NCBI GenBank assembly: GCA_947259485.1
Contig: CAMYLU010000001.1
Span: 38,897-102,896 of the forward strand
Origin: an uncultured Gammaproteobacteria bacterium
GTDB taxonomy: Bacteria > Pseudomonadota > Gammaproteobacteria > GCA-001735895
Direction: 5' to 3'
Length of the DNA: 64,000 nucleotides
Translations under genes and position numbers: made by a program
The notes under the pieces: model-generated
The model's input: the letters and a program-made list of their open reading frames with translations, nothing else
Database searches by the model: none
Told to the model about the DNA's origin: nothing
Shown: piece after piece, positions 32,902 to 41,616 of the stretch
Position numbering within the stretch: the stretch's first letter is position 1
Layout: each line of letters starts with the position of its first letter

Positions 32902-32954
32902 AACAGGTCTCGTTAATAGCAAAGGCCGGATTATAGCGGTGGATCATCAATCCT

Positions 32955-33699
32955 TCACGCACTATTCAAATCACTCAGCGGACTGCGCACCCCGCGCGCA
33001 CCACGCTTCAGCACGTGCGTGTGAATTTCGGTGGTTTTGACATCCTGGTGACCGAGCTGCTCCTGCACGGTGCGAATATCAGCACCGAATTCAAGCAAGT
33101 GCGTGGCGAAGGAATGGCGCGGCCAGCATCCACACGCCAGCGAACTGTTCATTCAGGCCGTCCTCCCTGAGATGCAACCTAACTCGCTCCACCTGATTTT
33201 TTAATCGGGGCAATAATTCCGGGGCAAGCGTGGTCAAGCGATGCCGGTAACCTTTGCCATTCCAGACCTGGATTTGCAAATGATCGAAGTCGATATCTTT
33301 AACGCGCAAACGTGCGACCTCGATACGTCGCAAACCTGAACCATACAGTAACGAAGTTATCAGAAAAGGTACTCCATTTAATTGCGTCCACAACTTCGCC
33401 ACATCGGTCCGGGACAACACCACCGGTAGTTTTGGTGGTACCTTAGAGCGCCTGTAACTGTGAACATCGCCCAGCGGTGTCTCCAGGAAACGGTTGTATA
33501 AAAACGCCAACGCATTCAGCGCAAGCTTCTGAATCGCCGCCGAAACGTTTCGCTCAACCGTCAAAAAAGTCAATAACTGCTCGACCACCCAATTCACCCG
33601 GATGTCGCTTACCATGAAAGTGGATGTAGTACTTGATCCAGTACAAATAAGATTCTATGGTACGTGGGCTTTAGTGGGTGATGGATTCAATAAAAGGAG
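32955..33699 (-). pseudogene. intI: Integron integrase pseudogene
   Basis: Fragments PFIESITH*SPRTIESYLYWIKYYIHFHGKRHP / LTVERNVSAAIQKLALNAL..LPVVLS..LLYGSGLR..LRVKDIDF..GKG..AGVWM / [36 protein letters not shown]; stop codon, two frameshifts, internal deletion. Confidence 0.93.
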
Positions 33700-34011
33700 C
33701 GGTGGTTTTGCCCTGATTGCGGGAGTTCGTTGCATTGTCGATATCTCGTGAATCTAGGTGATGATGATATTGCTGGAAATCCGGATCACATCATTATGTC
33801 TGTCGGAACTCTCGGCAAACCTGAGGTAGTGGAGATGGAGTACCACTACGGTGTCGAAAGTCAGGCCCCATGGGTTCACTTCGATGATAATTTACCGCGT
33901 ACACGCAGCGACGAAGATCCAGGCCTGATTAACGCATTGTCGTTAGCAAAAAAAAGGGGGCCTAAATATTCAATCATCGGATTGCATCTTGTGGCAAAAC
34001 AACCAATTTGA
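33697..34011 (+). pseudogene. 5'-truncated GFA-family cassette gene
   Basis: ERWFCPDCGSSL...HYGVESQAPW; N-terminal half missing; abuts intI 5' end. Confidence 0.75.
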
Positions 34012-34027
34012 CATTTGATCACGTGCC

Positions 34028-34100
34028 ACATAACAAGCGCATGCAGTCCGACCTCCAAAGGGCTACGCCTTTTGTCGACGGCTGATGCGGAACGTTGGGT
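34028..34100 (+). repeat. attC site
   Basis: ACATAAC AAGCGCATGCAGTCCGAC...GCTACGC...GGCTGATGCGGAAC GTTGGGT. Confidence 0.9.
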
Positions 34101-34122
34101 AAAACTAAAGGAGAATATTCGA

Positions 34123-34464
34123 ATGTCTTCAGTGAAATCGAGGAAAGAAATATGGCAGGAGTGGAAAGAGTTATTAAACATAGCTCCGGCGGAACTAGAA
34201 GATTGGCTTCAAACAGAAGAGAGCAAGGCGGTGGGGGATTCAACCGATGGTGAATCAACAGGACACAAGTCAGGGCGTAAAATTTTACAAATAAAGCGAA
34301 CCAAAAAAGAGGATCTGACTGACGATCAATGGACCCACATGGCCAAAGTAGTTGGATACATTAAGAGACATCGTGCGCAAGATGGCCCACGAGATGACGT
34401 AGAAAATAGTTCTTGGCGATACTCCTTGATGAACTGGGGGCATGACCCATTAAAAGAAGACTGA
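34123..34464 (+). CDS. DUF3140 family protein (cassette)
   Basis: ELEDWL, GESTGHKSGR, WRYSLMNWGHDP; RBS GGAG before ATG 34123. Confidence 0.8.
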   Translation: MSSVKSRKEIWQEWKELLNIAPAELEDWLQTEESKAVGDSTDGESTGHKSGRKILQIKRTKKEDLTDDQWTHMAKVVGYIKRHRAQDGPRDDVENSSWRYSLMNWGHDPLKED

Positions 34465-34601
34465 ATCAGATAAAGTAACAGTTATTTTTCCGAAGAGCGA
34501 AGCCATGAGTAAAGCATATCAAACGAACACCAACAATACTTCACGAATTGAAACCTATAGGTCCCGTGAAATTTTATGTTGAGTTTTATGAGTAAAGAGC
34601 C

Positions 34602-34676
34602 CTCTAACAAGCGCATGAAGACTGGCCTCACCAAGTGCTACGCGCTTGCTTCGGCCGCTGATACGAGGCGTTATGC
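34602..34676 (+). repeat. attC site
   Basis: CTCTAAC AAGCGCATG...GCCGCTGATACGAGGC GTTATGC. Confidence 0.9.
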
Positions 34677-34738
34677 GGCAGGTACAAACGCTGGCTGTAC
34701 TCGGAAGATTCGATCCTAAAATAGTAGGCCGCGAAATA

Positions 34739-35803
34739 TTACAACGTATCAAAAACAATAATTAGTTCTCCAGAATCAACACCCAAATCAACCGTTCGTT
34801 TAACCGTCTGTTTGAAAGTTTTGTCCCTCCAGGCTGTAACGACTAGCTCGTGATTTCCGGGCCCCAAACCGGTAAATTTAAATTCCCCACTGGCATTCGC
34901 ACTGACTTTGCGTGTCGAACGGGTTCTTACGCCTTTTTCATGTAACGCCCAATTCAGGTAAACCTCAGCACCGTCAAAGGTCTGACCGGATTCATCATAA
35001 ATACTGCCCCTGAGATTGTACGGGCCGAGATCAATGGTCAGGATTACCGGCATAGCAGTATCAGGGTCAAATTCTAGTCCGGATGCTCTTACTATTTGTG
35101 GTCCTTTGATCGTCACCTTGAATTTTCCTCTCGGAAATTCAGATACGGTAAAAGTGCCATTCGCATCAGTTAGGACCCTGGTAGTCGAGTATTCTTTTTC
35201 GACGGTCGTCACAGATAGCTCAAGATTGGTGACTGGCCGATCATACGGATCTACAATTCGGCCAATTAGTATGCCAACAGGAATGGGTTCCAGAATAATG
35301 TTATGTATTTCCTGATCCGACCTCAATTTAATCTGGGACTTGGTGTAACTATCAAACATTCCCCGTGGAGAAACTTTTAATACATAATCCCAACCCGGCT
35401 TGATATCGACAAATTTATAATCGCCAGAATTACCGGTAACTATCGAGTAACGTGCTTTCTGTGAGGGTGAGTACAATATTACTGTTTCACCGGCAATATA
35501 TTCTCCAAAATCAGTCCCTACCCACCCAGACAAGGAGATGTTATTGGTTGCGGGAGATATATCCTGCAAATTCCCAGTTGTCGCTTGAACTTCAACCGTC
35601 GACCGCACTTCTTGATTGCCATTACCAGGAGAAACATTTGGACTACTGACCTGATCTTCAATACCGTTCTCGAACCCAGTAACTTTAGAGGACGACTGAT
35701 GTTGCAGAGGATACAAATCGACTAAAGGAAGGCTGTAAAGCGCCATCACAATCGCCACCAGACCAATTGACGAAACTAGTAACAGTTTTCGATAGTCCGC
35801 CAT
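34739..35803 (-). CDS. Membrane-anchored protein with three carboxypeptidase-regulatory-like (beta-sandwich) repeats; inverted within cassette
   Basis: N-terminal TM; repeated G.V.D..G..I.GA.V...TD.NG.F.F..L.PG pattern. Confidence 0.75.
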   Translation of the reverse strand: MADYRKLLLVSSIGLVAIVMALYSLPLVDLYPLQHQSSSKVTGFENGIEDQVSSPNVSPGNGNQEVRSTVEVQATTGNLQDISPATNNISLSGWVGTDFGEYIAGETVILYSPSQKARYSIVTGNSGDYKFVDIKPGWDYVLKVSPRGMFDSYTKSQIKLRSDQEIHNIILEPIPVGILIGRIVDPYDRPVTNLELSVTTVEKEYSTTRVLTDANGTFTVSEFPRGKFKVTIKGPQIVRASGLEFDPDTAMPVILTIDLGPYNLRGSIYDESGQTFDGAEVYLNWALHEKGVRTRSTRKVSANASGEFKFTGLGPGNHELVVTAWRDKTFKQTVKRTVDLGVDSGELIIVFDTL

Positions 35804-35951
35804 TGGGACATTGTACCGGAGTATTTTATAATGGCCGCGTATTTTTCAGACCAACACCGTTTTATGGAGCAGGGATCAAGAGCATCAGTGTTCACCCAAA
35901 TGACTCTCTCAAGTAAAAGGCATCTGCAATGTTAAAATGTGAGTATATGCC

Positions 35952-36012
35952 GCATAACAAGCGCATGCAGCCGGCTACGCCTTTGGCTTGCCGCTGATGC
36001 GGGGCGTTAGCG
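35952..36012 (+). repeat. attC site
   Basis: GCATAAC AAGCGCATGCAG...GCCGCTGATGCGGGGC GTTAGCG. Confidence 0.9.
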
Positions 36013-36025
36013 AGCAAGACAATCC

Positions 36026-36424
36026 ATGACTGGTGAGAAAGGATTAGATAAGTTACTCGCATCCATGTCCCCGGAATTAATGGATGGAGAGTATGTGTTT
36101 TGCACATTCCAGAATGCTCAATACGGAGATTATTCGGATTTAGAACCAATAGCTGCAATTAGTGAATTAGAGGGACTCACTTTGATCATCCCAAAATCTA
36201 AAGCTGATGAGAAAAGCTTTAGTTATGAGTCAGTCTTTAAAGGCATCACATTAAGTATTCACTCTAGCCTTGATGCAGTGGGGCTGACAGCGGCGTTCTC
36301 AAGTAAACTAACTGAGCGTGGAATCAGTGCAAACGTAATTGCAGGTTATTACCATGATCACATATTTGTTCAGCGAGAACTTGCAAAGAGAGCCATTGAG
36401 GCACTCAATGAACTTGCTCGCTAA
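36026..36424 (+). CDS. ACT-domain protein (DUF2241-like) (cassette)
   Basis: MTGEKGLDKLL, VFC, HSSLDAVGLTA, GYYHDHIFV. Confidence 0.85.
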   Translation: MTGEKGLDKLLASMSPELMDGEYVFCTFQNAQYGDYSDLEPIAAISELEGLTLIIPKSKADEKSFSYESVFKGITLSIHSSLDAVGLTAAFSSKLTERGISANVIAGYYHDHIFVQRELAKRAIEALNELAR

Positions 36425-36493
36425 TAAGCGCATGCAGTCCGACCAAACCAGTCGCTAGGCGTCTAGTTTGGCCGCTGATGCGAGGCGTTAGGC
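36419..36493 (+). repeat. attC site (R'' AAC->AAT)
   Basis: CGCTAAT AAGCGCATGCAGTCCGACCAAAC...GTTTGGCCGCTGATGCGAGGC GTTAGGC. Confidence 0.88.
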
Positions 36494-36515
36494 GATTGGA
36501 AAATACCGAGTCGGA

Positions 36516-36962
36516 ATGAATCCAGTTTGGAGAATAAGAGAAGCAATGCCAGGAGACTCCGATGGCCTCAAAAACTGTATGGAGTCAGCCTATGCTACTT
36601 ATCAGGAACGAATGGGTGGAAAACGACTGCCACCTATGGACGTCGATTACTCGTCAGAAATACAAAACTATCCCACTTGGGTAGTGGAGTCGAACGGAAG
36701 TATTCTTGGCGGATTAATCATGGTATTCGAAAAAGATGGAGCCTCAATTGCAAATATAGCTGTTGATCCCAAATGTCAGGGACAAGGAATTGGAAGTGCG
36801 CTCATGAGTTTTGCGGAATCAAAAGCAAGGGAAAATAACTTCTCCGAATTACATCTAGCCACCCATGTGTTACTTAGTAAAAATATTTCCTTCTATCAGC
36901 ATCTTGGCTGGGAGGAAACTGAGAGAGATGAAACCAGAGTTCTTATGAAGAAAGAAATATGA
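36516..36962 (+). CDS. GNAT acetyltransferase (cassette)
   Basis: NIAVDPKCQGQGIG, FYQHLGW. Confidence 0.9.
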   Translation: MNPVWRIREAMPGDSDGLKNCMESAYATYQERMGGKRLPPMDVDYSSEIQNYPTWVVESNGSILGGLIMVFEKDGASIANIAVDPKCQGQGIGSALMSFAESKARENNFSELHLATHVLLSKNISFYQHLGWEETERDETRVLMKKEI

Positions 36963-36990
36963 ATCGCAAAAGATCAATTCTCCATGAATC

Positions 36991-37044
36991 GCCTAACAAG
37001 CGCATGCTGTCGGACTTGCAAACCGCTGATGCGGAGCGCTATGC
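36991..37044 (+). repeat. attC site (internally deleted; R' GTT->GCT)
   Basis: GCCTAAC AAGCGCATGCTGTCGGAC..CCGCTGATGCGGAGC GCTATGC. Confidence 0.85.
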
Positions 37045-37084
37045 GATTATCCAACTTGGCAGCATTGAGAAATGTTGAAATCGA

Positions 37085-37699
37085 ATGGCTAAACTTACAC
37101 TGAATTCATTTCTTACACTTGATGGCGTTATGCAAGCCCCAGGAGGGCCTAACGAAGATCCAAGCGGAAACTTTCAGCATGGCGGTTGGGTAGTCCCCCA
37201 TTTTGATCCAGACATGGGAGCAATCATGTTAGATATATTCTCCAGGGCGAGTGCATTTTTATTAGGGCGTGGCACTTATGATATTTTTTCGGCTCACTGG
37301 CCAAAGATCACCGACCCCAGCAATATTGTTGCATCAAAACTCAACTCGCTACCCAAGTTTGTTGTATCGAGCACGCAAAGCAGCTTTGCCTGGAATAATA
37401 CGAATCACGTTGTCGAAGTACCAGGAGATATTGAATCTATCAAAAACCAGTTTGAAGGTGAGCTACAGGTACATGGTAGTTATGTGCTGGCGCAAACACT
37501 AATAGAGCATAATTTGATCGACGAGTATCGACTTTTTATTATTCCAGTTGCCCTGGGGACTGGAAAGCGGCTGTTTAATTCTTTCTCGACACCCGTAGGA
37601 TTTGAGTTGATGGGCGCCAGGAGCATGCGCACAGGAGTTACATACAATGTCTATCGACCAACACAGAATTTTCAAACAGGATCATTCGAAATTGAGTAG
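37085..37699 (+). CDS. Dihydrofolate reductase-like / RibD C-terminal family protein (cassette)
   Basis: TLDGVMQAPGG, LLGRGTY, IDEY, LGTGKRLF. Confidence 0.88.
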   Translation: MAKLTLNSFLTLDGVMQAPGGPNEDPSGNFQHGGWVVPHFDPDMGAIMLDIFSRASAFLLGRGTYDIFSAHWPKITDPSNIVASKLNSLPKFVVSSTQSSFAWNNTNHVVEVPGDIESIKNQFEGELQVHGSYVLAQTLIEHNLIDEYRLFIIPVALGTGKRLFNSFSTPVGFELMGARSMRTGVTYNVYRPTQNFQTGSFEIE

Positions 37700-37704
37700 A
37701 CATC

Positions 37705-37776
37705 GTATAACAAGTGCAAGCAGTCGGACATCCAAAGGCTACGCCTTTTGTTTGCCGCTGATGCGGAGCGTTACAG
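37705..37776 (+). repeat. attC site
   Basis: GTATAAC AAGTGCAAGCAGTCGGAC...GCCGCTGATGCGGAGC GTTACAG. Confidence 0.9.
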
Positions 37777-37815
37777 GACATCTTCAACTTATTCTCGAAC
37801 ATCTAGAATTGTAGA

Positions 37816-38241
37816 GTGGCCGAGCTAAAGACCAAGAAAACTAGAGCAAGCGTCACGGCGTTTCTGGAATCCGTCGAGAATGAGCAGCGACGTGAAGACG
37901 CCTTTGAGCTGTTAGAAATATTCAAACAAACCACAAAAATGGCGCCGGCTTTATGGGGAAATAGTATCGTGGGTTTTGGCGAATATCACTATAAATCCGA
38001 GCGAAGTAGCCAAGAGGGAGATTGGCCTCTTACGGGTTTTTCTCCGCGAAAACGTAATATGACGGTTTATATAATGCCGGGCTTCACTAACTACCAGGAA
38101 TTACTGAGCAAGCTTGGTCAGCATAAAACCAGTGTTTCGTGCATTTACTTCAATAAAATAGAAAACATAGATGTGAAGGTATTGAAACAAATCATACGAA
38201 GGTCTGTTGTCGATATGAAAAAATTATACACATGGAAATAG
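37816..38241 (+). CDS. DUF1801 family protein (cassette)
   Basis: WGNSIVGFGEYHY, GFSPRK, LGQHKTSVSC. Confidence 0.82.
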   Translation: MAELKTKKTRASVTAFLESVENEQRREDAFELLEIFKQTTKMAPALWGNSIVGFGEYHYKSERSSQEGDWPLTGFSPRKRNMTVYIMPGFTNYQELLSKLGQHKTSVSCIYFNKIENIDVKVLKQIIRRSVVDMKKLYTWK

Positions 38242-38276
38242 CGAAGCTATTAAATGAAGTGCAATGGTATGCTGCC

Positions 38277-38336
38277 CCATAACAAGCGGTTGCAGTCAGA
38301 CTTGCAAACCGCTACGCACTTTGCGAGGTGTTATGC
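38277..38336 (+). repeat. attC site (right arm partly deleted)
   Basis: CCATAAC AAGCGGTTGCAGTCAGAC...GCTACGC..TGCGAGGT GTTATGC. Confidence 0.8.
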
Positions 38337-38360
38337 GATTTTCTCAGACCTAACAGATAG

Positions 38361-38654
38361 ATGAAGCATTTGTGCCCACATTGTCATGATGAATGCATGT
38401 CTACGATGCAAAAGTTATTCATGGGTTCGGCATCTTCAAGACCATGCAAGAGCTGTGGAAGAGAAGTTACCATTCCGAGGAAGTACTACGTTTTGATGAT
38501 AGTCGCTTTGGGATTACTTTTTCTCGGTTCAAAGATGGTGAAACTGGAGACGATACAAATTTTGATTATAGGACTAGTAATAGCAATTGTATTTTCGCTG
38601 ATACAGATTTATATCGTTCCAATTTCAAAGAACAAATCCGCCCAACTAAGATGA
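38361..38654 (+). CDS. Small Zn-ribbon membrane protein (cassette)
   Basis: CPHC...CKSC plus two TM helices. Confidence 0.7.
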   Translation: MKHLCPHCHDECMSTMQKLFMGSASSRPCKSCGREVTIPRKYYVLMIVALGLLFLGSKMVKLETIQILIIGLVIAIVFSLIQIYIVPISKNKSAQLR

Positions 38655-38699
38655 TCAATATTGTATCGAATTGTGTAACCACGATTAAGCGGAGAAATT

Positions 38700-38909
38700 A
38701 TGGACATATATGAAAAGTGGGGATACTCGTTACTATCGATTATTGCGGCAATTTACTTGATTGCTATGTTTGTAGGAATGATAGCGGCCTTTCTGTATGG
38801 CCTTCTAGGTCTTCTCCTAATGGCAGGCATTGGGGTTTTACTGGTTAAGGTAGTAAAAGAGCGCAAGCAGCCGGACATGCAAAAGGCTACGTCCTTTATC
38901 TGCCGCTGA
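38700..38909 (+). CDS. Small membrane protein whose C-terminus reads into an attC
   Basis: RBS GGAG; two TMs; last ~15 codons lie within attC sequence. Confidence 0.65.
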   Translation: MDIYEKWGYSLLSIIAAIYLIAMFVGMIAAFLYGLLGLLLMAGIGVLLVKVVKERKQPDMQKATSFICR

Positions 38910-38924
38910 TGTGAGACGTTATGA
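38860..38924 (+). repeat. attC site lacking R''
   Basis: AGCGCAAGCAGCCGGAC...GCTACG...GCCGCTGATGTGAGAC GTTATGA. Confidence 0.82.
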
Positions 38925-38951
38925 AAATTTCAAAACTTATAGAGACGGATC

Positions 38952-39305
38952 ATGGAATACGTGGAAGGTTTAGTCGCAGCAGTTCCCACTAAGAAAAAAG
39001 AGGAATTCATTAAACACGCCAGAGAAGCTGCCGCTGTCTTTAAGGAGCACGGCGCAATTCGACTCGTTGAATGCTGGGGGGATGATGTACCTACCGGTGA
39101 GATTACGTCGTTCCCGATGGCGGTAAAATGCAAGGAAGATGAGACAGTCGTGTTCTCGTGGATAGTTTGGCCATCCCGCGAAACCCGCAACACCGGTATG
39201 GAGGGAGTCATGAACGACCCTAGAATGACCAGCGAGTCTAATCCCATGCCTTTTGATGGGACCCGATTAATCCATGGCGGGTTTCAGATAATAGTTGAAG
39301 AGTAA
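38952..39305 (+). CDS. DUF1428 family protein (cassette)
   Basis: YVEG, ECWGDDVP, TSFPMAV, VVFSWI, MPFDG. Confidence 0.88.
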   Translation: MEYVEGLVAAVPTKKKEEFIKHAREAAAVFKEHGAIRLVECWGDDVPTGEITSFPMAVKCKEDETVVFSWIVWPSRETRNTGMEGVMNDPRMTSESNPMPFDGTRLIHGGFQIIVEE

Positions 39306-39318
39306 CGAGAAATTATTT

Positions 39319-39391
39319 TCATAGCAATCACATGCAGTCAGACTGCCAAACCGCTACGCGTTTTGTCGAGCGTTGATGCGTGGCGTAATGA
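39319..39391 (+). repeat. attC site (both cores mutated)
   Basis: TCATAGC AATCACATGCAGTCAGAC...GCTACGC...CGTTGATGCGTGGC GTAATGA. Confidence 0.8.
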
Positions 39392-39407
39392 GTAAAGAGG
39401 CAAGTAA

Positions 39408-39839
39408 ATGACAGAACCTGAAATCTGGACATTCTTCTACGGCTCATTCATCAATTTGAATGTCCTGAAAGAGCTTGACTACACCCCACGAAAATATGAG
39501 GTTGCAAGACTTTCCGGATTTGATATCACGATCCGTCCGATCGCAAACCTTATTAAGTCTGAGCAGCATACCGTCTATGGCATAGTTGCAACTGGCACCC
39601 ACTCTGAACTTTCACGTCTTTACGATCACGCAGAGAACGTCTTGGGCGGACGTTATCTGCCCGAAGCTGTGTTGGTTCAGACTATGTCAGGCCATTGGAT
39701 ATCTGCGCTGTGCTACATTTCTCCGAAATTAAGTGGGGAAAGTGCATCAACTGATTATGTTGATCGAATTTTAAAACCAGCTAAAACACACGAGTTCCCA
39801 ACTTGGTTTATCGAGAGGATAGAATCATTCAAGTCTTGA
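39408..39839 (+). CDS. Gamma-glutamylcyclotransferase-like protein (cassette)
   Basis: FFYGS N-terminal motif, VYG. Confidence 0.75.
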   Translation: MTEPEIWTFFYGSFINLNVLKELDYTPRKYEVARLSGFDITIRPIANLIKSEQHTVYGIVATGTHSELSRLYDHAENVLGGRYLPEAVLVQTMSGHWISALCYISPKLSGESASTDYVDRILKPAKTHEFPTWFIERIESFKS

Positions 39840-39855
39840 TGCAGTTGTAAAATGC

Positions 39856-39916
39856 TCATAAGAAGCGCATGCAGTCGGACCTGGCAAAACTGGGCCGCTG
39901 ATGCCAGGCGTTATGT
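39856..39916 (+). repeat. attC site (R'' AAC->AAG)
   Basis: TCATAAG AAGCGCATGCAGTCGGAC..GCCGCTGATGCCAGGC GTTATGT. Confidence 0.85.
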
Positions 39917-39946
39917 GTTGAATTGTAATTGAATGACGGAGGGGAA

Positions 39947-40369
39947 ATGAATGAAGGAAAAGGGCACTGCCTTTGTGGTGCAGTAAGTTTCACTGTCAAA
40001 AACATGAACTACAGCGTAGACGCATGTCATTGTGGTATGTGCAGGAGATGGGGCGGTGGACCTTTAATGTTTGTCGATTGCAGTACAGATGTTACTTTCG
40101 AAGGAATGGAAAACATTACTGTTTATGACTCTTCTGACTGGGCGGAGCGGGCGTTCTGCAAGAAATGCGGCAGCCACCTATTTTATCGACTCAAAGGCAA
40201 CAATGCTCATCAGATGCTAGTAGGTCAATTTCAAGATCAGAAGAATTTTCATTTTGACTTACAGGTATATATGGATCGAAAACCAGCTTTTTATGATTTC
40301 GGGAATAAAACGAGAGAATTAACAGAGGCCGAAGTAATAGAAGAATTTGGCCCCGAACAGAACACATAA
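39947..40369 (+). CDS. GFA family protein (cassette)
   Basis: GHCLCG, CHCGMCRR, ERAFCKKCG; stop overlaps R''. Confidence 0.9.
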   Translation: MNEGKGHCLCGAVSFTVKNMNYSVDACHCGMCRRWGGGPLMFVDCSTDVTFEGMENITVYDSSDWAERAFCKKCGSHLFYRLKGNNAHQMLVGQFQDQKNFHFDLQVYMDRKPAFYDFGNKTRELTEAEVIEEFGPEQNT

Positions 40370-40436
40370 CAAGGCGCTGCAGACGGACAAAGTGCCCGCT
40401 ACGCGTTCGCTTTGCCGCTGATGCGAGACGTTAGTC
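40364..40436 (+). repeat. attC site
   Basis: ACATAAC AAGGCGCTGCAGACGGACAAAG...CTTTGCCGCTGATGCGAGAC GTTAGTC. Confidence 0.9.
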
Positions 40437-40463
40437 GGCACAACAATATTTACTGAGAGGGAG

Positions 40464-41252
40464 ATGGTCGATAGCGAAACAGGTCAGGTATCAGAAGACG
40501 CCGCGATGATTTATGAAGCAGTATATCTTCCTGCATTGTTTCAGGAATGGTGCCCGCGGGTATTGGCTGCTGCCGATGTCAAGCCTGGACAGCAGGTTGT
40601 CGATATCGCTTGTGGCACGGGAGCCCTCGCCAAAGCTGTTTCTGAAAACGTAGCCCCAAATGGAAAGACTGTCGGGATTGATATAAATGAAGGGATGCTG
40701 GATATTGCCAGATCAAAGTCATGTTCGGTTGAATGGATCAATGCGCCCGCCGAAGCGTTGCCGTTTAATGATGAACATTTCGATTGTGTTGTAAGTCAAT
40801 TCGGTCTCATGTACTTCGAAAATCAGGAAAGCGCGATACGGGAGATGATGAGAGTACTAAAACCAGGCGGATCACTTGCGGTGGTTGTCTGGAACAGACT
40901 TGATAATAACCCTGGCCTCGCTGCCGAAGAGAATTTGTGGCGGCAATTATTTGATGAAGAGGTGGACGAAACTCCTTATAGACTTGGCGACAAAGGAGCT
41001 CTCGAAAGTTTGTTCAGGAAATCAGGCGTAGCCAATGTCCAGGTTACCACTCACGAAGGAACTGCCAGCTTTGATTCAATAGAAAGCTGGATTCACACTG
41101 GAGCAAAAGGATGGACAGAGGACGATGCGCTTAGTAACGATCAATTACAGCTTTTACTGAAGACTGCGGAAAAAGAACTCTCCAGCTTTAGAACAGCAAA
41201 TGGCACGGTCGCCTTCCCTACATCAGCACATATAGTTACAGCGAGAAAATAG
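40464..41252 (+). CDS. Class I SAM methyltransferase (cassette)
   Basis: DIACGTG, SQFGLMYF, RVLKPGG. Confidence 0.9.
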   Translation: MVDSETGQVSEDAAMIYEAVYLPALFQEWCPRVLAAADVKPGQQVVDIACGTGALAKAVSENVAPNGKTVGIDINEGMLDIARSKSCSVEWINAPAEALPFNDEHFDCVVSQFGLMYFENQESAIREMMRVLKPGGSLAVVVWNRLDNNPGLAAEENLWRQLFDEEVDETPYRLGDKGALESLFRKSGVANVQVTTHEGTASFDSIESWIHTGAKGWTEDDALSNDQLQLLLKTAEKELSSFRTANGTVAFPTSAHIVTARK

Positions 41253-41273
41253 TGTAGTGAAAATAACAGGGCT

Positions 41274-41334
41274 GCCTAACAAGTGCATGCAGTCGGACGC
41301 GGCAGAGCCGCACCGCTGATGCCAGGCGTTATAG
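41274..41334 (+). repeat. attC site
   Basis: GCCTAAC AAGTGCATGCAGTCGGACGCGGCAGAGCCGCACCGCTGATGCCAGGC GTTATAG. Confidence 0.9.
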
Positions 41335-41337
41335 GTT

Positions 41338-41616
41338 ATGAACAATTCTCCTAAAGAAGATACAAAATTAACCGATCGCCTTGCTGTTGGTGCACTAAGT
41401 GGTCTCGCAGCATTTTTGACGGGTACATTTATATGGTTTGTCGTTTTCTATTCTCTTTCGATGCTAAATATCGAGTACCAACCCTCTTTTATATATGTGG
41501 TCATCTTCAGTATTCTTATGTTTGTATTGGGCTTCGCAACATTGACTAACGTGGTGACGAATATATTAGGCGCAATATGGCACTTCCTGTACCGAAGTGT
41601 TCGAATATGGGAGTAA
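41338..41616 (+). CDS. Small membrane protein (cassette)
   Basis: Hydrophobic 92-aa ORF starting just after R'. Confidence 0.65.
   Translation: MNNSPKEDTKLTDRLAVGALSGLAAFLTGTFIWFVVFYSLSMLNIEYQPSFIYVVIFSILMFVLGFATLTNVVTNILGAIWHFLYRSVRIWE

Noticed and set aside
33091-33152. Programmed frameshift restoring the integrase
   Set aside because: The junction lacks a large conserved segment and the catalytic Tyr is mutated; no slippery site is evident.
37085-37699. Trimethoprim-resistance dfr cassette / clinical class 1 integron
   Set aside because: The protein is the RibD-C/DHFR-like family (TLDGVMQAPGG), not DfrA/B; no qacE/sul1 or transposon context.
38669-38692. Possible collapsed attC between the 38361 and 38700 ORFs
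   Set aside because: Only an 8/11 match to the cassette start and no arms remain; insufficient to call.
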